From positions 1 to 25,575 of IMG/VR virus record IMGVR_UViG_3300028585_000534: a stretch of 25,575 nucleotides of DNA; one strand, written 5' to 3'. A model generated the notes under the pieces. That model searched no databases. It saw only the letters and a program-made list of their open reading frames with translations, and had not been told where the DNA came from. Made by a program: the position numbers and the translations under genes. Below are positions 9,901 through 16,300 of the stretch, piece by piece. This DNA is from a virus (lineage: Duplodnaviria; Caudoviricetes). Every line of letters starts with the position of its first letter. Positions within the stretch are counted from its first letter, which is position 1.

Positions 9901-9982
9901 GAATTACTGCAAGCTGCGCTTCAACTGCGCGAATGGCGAAAGCTTCTTCCGGACCATTCATTTCAAGAGGGTGGACAACTGA
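6914..9982 (+). CDS. Multidomain putative virion protein: LamG/ConA-like, Ig-like, SGNH (sialate O-acetylesterase-like) hydrolase, fibronectin type III, and two tandem C-terminal ~90-aa domains
   Basis: 1022 aa. LamG-like HLIAVQRSG..LY..FGSR..DIAQIAAG. SGNH blocks VGDAWINCGSSS, GVAGTT..W, VGANDA, DNVH. FN3 DTTAP..ATDDVGVTGYEY..LTAGTTYQVRARAYDAAGN.S. Repeats EKNPEDERYFVAD and EKDPEDKRYYVAD. Confidence 0.85.
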   Translation: MIDFDRAAGNQSLSTPDHVLLVFPNGDWILLFIVGFDGVVTGNLTQYLFSSGAFGAAGSLNVVFYADGVSGTTLRGRIAVYADTLANANAPALLSTTQFNGGRHLIAVQRSGGTQSPLVSLYSCPILAAAPIDDSAVITEATTTNAAILKELNGSGFMFGSRVDNLADRKSDQSVSRMLRANLSITKFDIAQIAAGKEIFDLGYTPVLYVRASGIDDIADRGPNAFPFTLAGMPTTIAEPTFAFREGASEPPASVDAITVSNAEPLQAVPSTGAGALMTFTGALSGTLPTSVDVRMIAPDGTPGSWVALQSASIGATVYSGVREVPDGGPCRFQARSRNGSAVLVESQYSTAKILVGDAWINCGSSSSDYLFTDKSGTGFTVAPDTAVMSGTTPTWAPMSSTGAATRMADELATVAGKPIAWLAYGVAGTTLRTWLDATSTQRKNLARAIAAVKGKIFGAYITVGANDAYNGWITSSAAHEADMQKLIDDLRTETGNPNLKIVWVGSPPRQGLNPVQADRLRQAESRIGDYPGVVQVQALQFAPASDNVHLAPSLDGYAACGTMAMHQAGRAFYSGEDPKLVRGPALSAITFAGTKVRCVVAMRDGTTFNPAAPGGFSVQNKQADGTYVTLTGIVAQRVNAGLIEIECGVTLVEPIVKYLSGSAPSITNAVFSNGSLPLPMTVETEMVATQSAATSDTTAPVMAGVITVTNITTTAATLAFQAATDDVGVTGYEYSLNGGTSYVNAGLSRSLSVSTLTAGTTYQVRARAYDAAGNRSAPLSATFATLASEPPVEIVIDASKIPASRKVVFPGGTRVVPFGTKPGSITPSAPYYRDGKWWVEKNPEDERYFVADIRIDLAEAGANATATKVEAVVSGVTVLEQPVIQGVLIPVKLGGINTARDALNFCTFRITLSNGEQIDRTLWLSRLEGQLVLEKDPEDKRYYVADVGRDLTDSNTTVTTVTSTCVGVVELVKPQMQGRLAVIKLGGLDTSADPLNYCKLRFNCANGESFFRTIHFKRVDN
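9431..9979 (+). repeat. Intragenic tandem domain duplication (94-codon spacing)
   Basis: Copies start at 9431 and 9713 and share EK.PED.RY.VAD..DL, G...L..P..QG.L...KLGG..T..D.LN.C..R....NGE...RT. Confidence 0.9.
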
Positions 9983-10122
9983 TGATCGACGCATCGCAAC
10001 TGCCGCGCGTGCCGAGCGAGCTGCTGCAGGAGCAGGCCGCCGAGTACGTGCGTGCACCGCTCGCAACCGGCGGCGCTCCTGGCGCCGGCCGGCCACCGGC
10101 TACACAAGGAACGACCCGATGA
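9982..10122 (+). CDS. Small Pro/Gly-rich protein, 46 aa (not in the ORF track)
   Basis: MIDASQLPRVPSELLQEQAAEYVRAPLATGGAPGAGRPPATQGTTR*; TGATG overlap upstream and ATGA overlap downstream. Confidence 0.65.
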   Translation: MIDASQLPRVPSELLQEQAAEYVRAPLATGGAPGAGRPPATQGTTR

Positions 10123-10664
10123 GCCTGAAACTGATCACCCCGCCGGCGGCGCTGGCGGTATCGCTCGAGGCCGCGCGCGTGTCGGCGCGGCTGGACGGCG
10201 AAGAGGCCGACATCGAGCTGCGCCAGGTCATCGACCAGCACACCGGCGAAGCCGAGCACCTCACCGGGCGCGCCTTCGTGGAGCAGACCTGGCGCCTCAC
10301 GCTTGACCGCTTCGCCGGCGCCATCCTGCTGGAGCACCCGCCGATCATGTCGGTGGTGCACATCAAGTTCTACGACACCGCCGGCGAGCAGCAGACGCTC
10401 GACCCGCAAGACTACATCCTCGACGCCGAGAGCGAGCCGGGGTACGTGGTGCTGGCGCCGGGCCGGGCCTGGCCAGCGACGCAGGCGCGCGTGAATGCAG
10501 TCGAGGTGGAATACACCTGCGGCTACGGCGCCGGCGATGCGGCGGTACCGGCAGAGATCAAGGGCTACATCCTGGGCAAGGTATCGGAGCACTTCGCGCC
10601 GGCGGGCACGCCGAAAAGCGAGTTCCTCCACTGCCTGCTTGACCGCGCCAAGGTGTACGCGTGA
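10119..10664 (+). CDS. Head-tail connector/adaptor (phiE125 gp8-like)
   Basis: MSLKLITPPA..AVSLE.AR...RLD..AEHLTGRAFVEQTWRLTLDRF..V.VEYTCGYG...VP; AAGGA RBS; start 10119. Confidence 0.9.
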   Translation: MSLKLITPPAALAVSLEAARVSARLDGEEADIELRQVIDQHTGEAEHLTGRAFVEQTWRLTLDRFAGAILLEHPPIMSVVHIKFYDTAGEQQTLDPQDYILDAESEPGYVVLAPGRAWPATQARVNAVEVEYTCGYGAGDAAVPAEIKGYILGKVSEHFAPAGTPKSEFLHCLLDRAKVYA

Positions 10665-10963
10665 TGAACGACCGAATCACGCTGCAGCGGCCAGCGCCTG
10701 GCGCGGGCAAGCTGCGCGCGCCAGAAGTCTGGGAGCCCATTGCGACAGTCTGGGCCGACGTGCTGTTCCCATCCGGTATCGAAGTGGTGCGCGGCGGCGC
10801 CGAGGTCTCGATCGTCAAGTGCTCGATCCGGATCCGCGCGCGCGCCGACATCGATACCGCGGCGCGCGTGCAGTTCAAGGGCAAGGCCTACGACATCAAG
10901 TCGGCGCTGCCCGATGGCCGAGACAGCCGGTTTATGTTCCTGGTGTGCGAGGGGGTGACGTGA
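10661..10963 (+). CDS. Head closure protein (SPP1 gp16-like)
   Basis: RITLQ..W..IATVWA.V....G.E..IRIR.R.DI....RV..KGK.YDI motif; start is GTG 10661 or ATG 10664. Confidence 0.88.
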   Translation: MMNDRITLQRPAPGAGKLRAPEVWEPIATVWADVLFPSGIEVVRGGAEVSIVKCSIRIRARADIDTAARVQFKGKAYDIKSALPDGRDSRFMFLVCEGVT

Positions 10964-11475
10964 TCAGTTTCGACGCATCTGCGCTGGCTGAGGCTGCGCG
11001 GCAGACCGTGGCGCAGATCACAGCGGCGGTCGATGAAGACTGCCTGCGCGCGGTGGGGTTCTCCGGCGCCGAGCCATTCCGCGAGGAGGCGAAGCGCAAT
11101 GCGCGTGCGCGCGCCAAGACCTTCACCATCCACAACAACATCATCGTGAAGCGGCTGGAAGAAGAATCCGATGGCGCGCGGCGCCAGGTGTACCTCGTTA
11201 CGGTCAGGAGTGGCCGGTACGGCGGCACCGATGCGTTTTACTGGCGCTTCGTTGAGCGTGGCCACAAGTTCGTGCCGCGCAATACCAAGACCAGCAAGAA
11301 GACGGGCAAGAAAGTCGGCTGGGCCGCGCACCGGCGCGCCGCCGAGCTGGAGTACGGAACTGCCAGCGCGCCGGCGTACCCGTTCATGCGCCCGGCCTAC
11401 GAGAGCAAAAAGCAGGAGGCGGTCGACGTCATGACGCGCACCCTGGCCGAACAAATCGCAAGGAATGCCGGATGA
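10960..11475 (+). CDS. HK97 gp10-family tail/neck protein
   Basis: AFYWRFVE.G and E.GT...PAYPFMRPAYE motifs; GTGA overlap gives start 10960. Confidence 0.88.
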   Translation: MISFDASALAEAARQTVAQITAAVDEDCLRAVGFSGAEPFREEAKRNARARAKTFTIHNNIIVKRLEEESDGARRQVYLVTVRSGRYGGTDAFYWRFVERGHKFVPRNTKTSKKTGKKVGWAAHRRAAELEYGTASAPAYPFMRPAYESKKQEAVDVMTRTLAEQIARNAG

Positions 11476-11822
11476 CCGCCGAAGACTATATCGACGCCGC
11501 ACTGACAGACCTGGCCGGCGGCCGCGTCTTCCCAGACGTCGCCCCGCTCGGAACGGCGAGGCCCTTCATCACCTATCAGGCGGTGGGCGGCGCGCCGACG
11601 AATTACCTGAGCGGAGATCGCCCGGACAAGCAGCACGTGCGCATGCAGGTCAACTGCTGGGCCGAGGGTCGCGCCGAGGCATCTGAGCTCGGCGCCCTGG
11701 TCGAGGATGCGCTGCGCGCTGCTACGCACCTTCAGATCGAAGTGCTGAGCGGCCGCGTGGCCAACTTCGACGAAGAAACGGACCTCCGCGGAACCATGCA
11801 GGACTTCAGCTTGTATTGCTGA
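11472..11822 (+). CDS. Tail terminator protein (DUF3168-like)
   Basis: GRVFPDVAP....PFITYQ.VGG..RMQVNCWA..R.EA; position just before the major tail gene. Confidence 0.88.
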   Translation: MTAEDYIDAALTDLAGGRVFPDVAPLGTARPFITYQAVGGAPTNYLSGDRPDKQHVRMQVNCWAEGRAEASELGALVEDALRAATHLQIEVLSGRVANFDEETDLRGTMQDFSLYC

Positions 11823-11843
11823 CCCATACCAGTTTTACACCAG

Positions 11844-11917
11844 GCCGCCCCGAATATATGGGCGGCTTTTTTTCATGCCCGCGAGGGCGCGCAGTGGCCC
11901 GGCTTCCGGGCTTTTTT
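11844..11917 (+). terminator. Two tandem terminator-like hairpins with a GNRA hairpin between them, upstream of the major tail gene
   Basis: GCCGCCC-N9-GGGCGGC-T7 (11844-11873); GCCC-GCGA-GGGC (11877-11888); GCCCGG-CTT-CCGGGC-T6 (11897-11917). Confidence 0.7.
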
Positions 11918-11937
11918 ACATTTGAAAGGCCCTCATC

Positions 11938-12588
11938 ATGGCTGTATCCGTCCCTAACAACAGCACCTTCTCGGTCGCTACCACCTACGGCGCACCGATC
12001 TCGGTCACCGGCGCTACCAACGCAACGGAGTCGGTGCTGACCACCGCAACCAACACGTTCGCGATCGGCGACATCCTCGAGTTCTCGAGCGGCGGCTGGG
12101 TCAAGGCGAACCTGCGCATGTTCCGCGTGAAGGCGGCCACGACCACCAGCGTCACGCTGGAAGGCTTCGACACCACGTCGGTCAAGGCTTTCCCGGCCGG
12201 CAATGGCGCTGGCTCGCTTCGCAAAGTCATGACCTGGACCGTCATGCCGTACATGAAGGAATTCACGGTTTCGGGCGGCGACCCGAAATACAACACCGAG
12301 GAATTCCTGGACGTCGAAGACGAAGTCCAAATGTTTAACGGCTTCTCGGCCTCCTCAATCGCGATGAGCATCGCCGACGATCCGTCCCTGCCGCACAACG
12401 CTGTGCTGCAGGCCGCGACTGATGCCCAGGCGGTGACCGCTGTTCGCGTGGTGCTGCCATCGGGCGCGCCGCTGCTCTACAACGGCGTTCTGGGCTTCAA
12501 CCCGAGCCCGAGCCTGGTGAAGGGCCAGGGCATGGTCGTCAAGTGCGGCATCGCCCTGCGCAGCCGCGTGAACCGCTACGCAGCATAA
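11938..12588 (+). CDS. Major tail tube protein (Phage_tail_3-like)
   Basis: MAVSVPN.S..AT.YG...V...TNA..GD.LE..SG.W...N.R..RV..LEG.DT; GAAAGG RBS; precedes the chaperone and tape measure genes. Confidence 0.9.
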   Translation: MAVSVPNNSTFSVATTYGAPISVTGATNATESVLTTATNTFAIGDILEFSSGGWVKANLRMFRVKAATTTSVTLEGFDTTSVKAFPAGNGAGSLRKVMTWTVMPYMKEFTVSGGDPKYNTEEFLDVEDEVQMFNGFSASSIAMSIADDPSLPHNAVLQAATDAQAVTAVRVVLPSGAPLLYNGVLGFNPSPSLVKGQGMVVKCGIALRSRVNRYAA

Positions 12589-12634
12589 ACGTGTTGCCAG
12601 CTGGCGCCGGATTGCTGGCGCTGGCCTTTTCCAA

Positions 12635-12666
12635 GCCCGCGGGGTAGCGCCTCGCGGGTCTTTTTT
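12635..12666 (+). terminator. Intrinsic terminator-like hairpin after the major tail gene
   Basis: GCCCGCGGGG-TAGCG-CCTCGCGGGT-C-T6. Confidence 0.65.
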
Positions 12667-12689
12667 ACCTCCTCAGAAAGAAAATCATC

Positions 12690-13007
12690 ATGGCAAAAGC
12701 AAAACTCTCCCTGGCAGTCGTCGCTACCTTCGCTGCAACCGTCGCGATCCCAGTACCGGGCGGCAAGACCGCCGACGTCGAATTCACCTTCAAGTGGATG
12801 GACAAGGACGACTTCAAAGAATTCGTCGAGAACCTGGCTGGCGCCGAAGACGTCGACGCACTGATGGACATCCTGGCCGGCTGGGATCTGGACGAGACCT
12901 TCAGCAAGGACCAGGTGGGCAAGCTGGTGCAGCGCTACATGGGCGCGGCGCGCGCGATCCTCGACAAGTTCATCGCGGAAGTCACCGGCTCCCGCGCAAA
13001 AAACTAA
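12690..13007 (+). CDS. Tail assembly chaperone (lambda gpG analogue)
   Basis: TF.A.V.IPVPG....VEFTFK..GWDLDE.F; ends ...RAKN* on a slippery sequence. Confidence 0.9.
   Translation: MAKAKLSLAVVATFAATVAIPVPGGKTADVEFTFKWMDKDDFKEFVENLAGAEDVDALMDILAGWDLDETFSKDQVGKLVQRYMGAARAILDKFIAEVTGSRAKN
12998..13004 (+). promoter_or_regulatory. Programmed -1 ribosomal frameshift site A AAA AAC
   Basis: In-frame X XXY YYZ heptamer immediately before TAA; the -1 frame stays open to 13318. Confidence 0.85.
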
Positions 13008-13318
13008 AGGCCGTCGCCTCGGCCCTCTATGCGCAGGATCCCTCTGAAGCCGAGCTGGCGGTGGCGGGCCTGACGCTGGAGGACTTGGCGGCGGATGCAG
13101 TAGAAATCTGGCCCGAGAACCTGCGGGCCTACGAGCTGTTCTGCGCCATGGATACCCAGTGGCGCATCGGCATGGCCGGGCCCACTGGCCTGGACTATGC
13201 CGCGCTGCCGATGGCGCTGCGCATGATCGGCGCCGCGCGCGCCGACTGGCAGCAGCTCATGGCCGATATCCGCGTCATGGAAAGCGCCGCGCTGCAGGCG
13301 ATGCGCAGCAAGGAATAA
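13004..13318 (+). CDS. Frameshift extension of the tail chaperone (gpT analogue, DUF1799-like); fusion about 209 aa
   Basis: VEIWPEN..A..LF..M.TQWRIGMAG.TGLDY..IRVME..AL motif; no ATG with RBS at the front of this frame. Confidence 0.85.
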   Translation, partial: LKAVASALYAQDPSEAELAVAGLTLEDLAADAVEIWPENLRAYELFCAMDTQWRIGMAGPTGLDYAALPMALRMIGAARADWQQLMADIRVMESAALQAMRSKE

Positions 13319-13360
13319 AACAATACCGCCGCCGTTGGGCGGCTTTCATTTGGGCGGACC

Positions 13361-16300
13361 ATGAGCGAAATCACCAACGAAGCGGTAATTAAGGTTACTG
13401 CTGACGCTAGCGGGGTTGAGGCCGGGCTGCGCCAGGTTGAAGCAGCGACCGCGCGCACCGGAAAGAACCTCGAAAACCTTTCTGCCACCGCGCAGAAGAC
13501 CGGCAAGTCGCTCGACAACCTGGGCGGCTCCGCTGGTCTGCGTACGGTCGGCGAGGGCGCCGGCTCGGCTGCCGGCCAAGTCGACCGCGCGACCAAGAGC
13601 ATGGCCGACTCGATCCAGCGCGCCACCGCCACAATGAACTCGGGCGCGAAGGGTAGTGCTGCGTATTACGAGGCGCTGGCCAACACGCGCGGGCTGAACG
13701 TCGCCGCGCTGCGCCCGTACCTGGACCAATTGGACGCGGTCACCAAGAAGACCGCGCAGGCAGCCGCCGCCCAGCGGCAACTCGACGCGGGGAATAGCTT
13801 TCTTTCCGGCCTGCGCGCCCAAGCGGACGGCATCGGCAAGACAGCATCACAGCTGGCCGCCCTGCGCGCCGAGCAGCTGGGTGTTGCGGATGACGCGCGC
13901 CCGCTGATCGAGCAGTTGCAGGCCGCCGAAGAGGCCGCCGGGAATGCTGGCAATTCGATCAGCGGCTTCGCAGCAGCGCTCGCTGCGGCAGGGGCCAGTG
14001 CCGGGATCGCGAGCGTGGTTCAGCTCTCGGACGCCTATAACGGCTACATTGCGCAGCTCAAGCTGGCGACGACCGGGCAGAGCGAATTCGTGAAGGCTCA
14101 GGCGTTCGTGCAGCAAATCGCGGCATCAGCGCAATCGGACCTCTCCAGCACGGCATCGCTTTTCGCAAGTATCACGAAGAGCACCCGCGACCTTGGGATA
14201 GCGCAATCCCAAGTCGCCAATATCACCGAGGTGGTCAGCTTGGGACTGAAGGTCTCGGGCGCGAGCGCCGCAGCAAGCGGGTCAGCGATTTATCAGCTGA
14301 GCCAAGCGTTCAACATGGGTGTACTGCGGGGTGAAGAGTTCAATGCCGTCAACGACGCCTCGCCGCGTTTGATGGAAGCGCTGGCCGACGGGATTGGCGT
14401 CCCGGTCGGCGCGCTGCGCGCAATGGCTGAGCAGGGTGCGCTGACCACTGAGGTGCTGGCAAATGCACTTCCGCGCGCGCTGAAAACCCTCCAGGGGGAA
14501 GCGAAGTCTGTAGAGACGGTCGGCGGTGCGATCACCGTCCTAAAAGACAAAACGATGCTACTGGTCGGCGCGACTGCTCAGTCGAGCGGTGTGGTCTCCG
14601 TGCTTTCGGGCGGTATTAAGCTGCTGAGCGACAACTTGGCACTTGTCGGTGGCGCGATGGCCACTGTAGCTGCCGTCAAACTTGGCTCCACGCTCGCGTC
14701 CGCTGCCTCAGCGGCGTATGCGAGCGTCGCGGCAAACAACGCACGCCTCGCATCTAATGTTGCCGCCGCCCGATCGGACGTCGCCGCCACTGCCAGCGCG
14801 GCAGCACTGGCCAATGCCCGGCTCGCAGACGCCCGCGCAGCTGTTCTCGCCTCCCAAGGAAGTGCTGCACTGGCACTCACGACGAACGTGCTGATTCCTG
14901 CCCAGGCAAAAGCCACGGCGGCGTCCGCCGCCCACTCAGCTGCGCTGGCAGCGCAGGCGGCGGCAACTGGAGCCGCGTCGGTCGCGACCCGGGTCTTGAA
15001 CGGAGTACTGGCATTGACGGGCGGCCCAGTTGGCGCCGTAATCGCGCTGCTGGGTGTTGCCGCGACGATCTGGGGCGTATGGTCGAGCAAGGCGAAGGAG
15101 GCGAACGACAAGGTCGCTCAATCGACCGAAGAATCGACTGCGGAAATGATCACGCGCCTCGACGAGCAGATCGCCAAGCTGCGCGAGCGGAACGCTCTTG
15201 CCGCTACCGAGCCGCGCATCAAGGCGCTCGATGGCATCAGCGAGGTCGATAAGGACGGGCTGGCGCGCGCCAAGGCGGCGCTCGACGCAAACAAAGCGGC
15301 GCAGGCGGCGGTCGGCACTGACGCGCGTGCGCGCATGATGCTGCAGCTCGACGAGGTTGAGCTGTCAGGCAAGTACGAGGCCGCACTGGGGCGGGTGAAG
15401 GCGCTGCAGGGCGAGGTGGCGACGGCAGCGGCGCGCACGCGTGGCGAGCGGTTGGACGACTGGTACTCGAAGAATGGCTCGGCGGCCCAGCGCCTGGCGG
15501 CTGAGCTTACTGAGCTGAAGAAGCAGTTTGGCGCCATTCCCCCCGAGATGGAAAAGCTGGTGCGCGCCAAGTACGTCGACAAGTCCGCAACCAAGGTGAT
15601 CGCGGACCAAGGCAAGGCGGCAAAAGAGTATGCGGATCTGGTCGACCGCATCAACGGAAAGAGCTTGGGCGTCGACGCCGACTATGCGGACAACCTGAAG
15701 ACGCTGTTCGCCGGCTACAGCGCTGGGAAGCAGTCACTTGAAGCGTACGTCGCAACCGTTGAAGCGTACATCAAGCAGCAGCCCTTCGCAAAACAGGCGG
15801 AAGAGGCGCGCCTCAAGGCGCTCGAGCAACTGAGCAAATTTCAGGACGAATACTCGAAGGGCCTGGAAGCAACGAGCGGTGTCTACGCAAAGCGGATTGC
15901 CGATGCTGAGGCAGAGGCCACTCGCAATGAGGAACTGGCGAGCACCTACGGCATGACCAAGTCGGCGGTCGAGCAGCTGGAGCTGGCGCGCCTGGAAGAG
16001 CAGCTGGCCCAGCGATCCACGCTTGGTCTGACGCTCGACGAGATCGACAGCCTTGAAAAACTGATCGATGCGAAGAAGCGCAACGCCAGCGCGGTGGCCG
16101 CCATGGAGCAGGTGGACGCGGCCAAGAAAGCGGCGGAAGAGTGGAAGCGCGCGTCTGACTCAATCGAGCAGTCGCTCACCGATGCGCTGCTGCGCGGGTT
16201 CGAAAGCGGGAAAGGATTCGGGGAAAACCTGGTCGAGACGCTGAAGAACATGTTCAACACGCTGGTGCTGCGCCCTGTAATCCAGGCAGCGCTGGCGCCG

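Noticed and set aside
8474-10096. Long antisense ORFs (540 aa here; also 7133-8353, 5175-6287, 17447-18637, 2293-3099)
   Set aside because: They shadow well-supported + strand genes. High-GC codon bias suppresses antisense stops, and the translations have no motifs.
12794-13003. 174-aa ORF starting at 12794 as an independent gene
   Set aside because: Its first part overlaps the chaperone gene out of frame; only the part after the slippery site looks protein-like.
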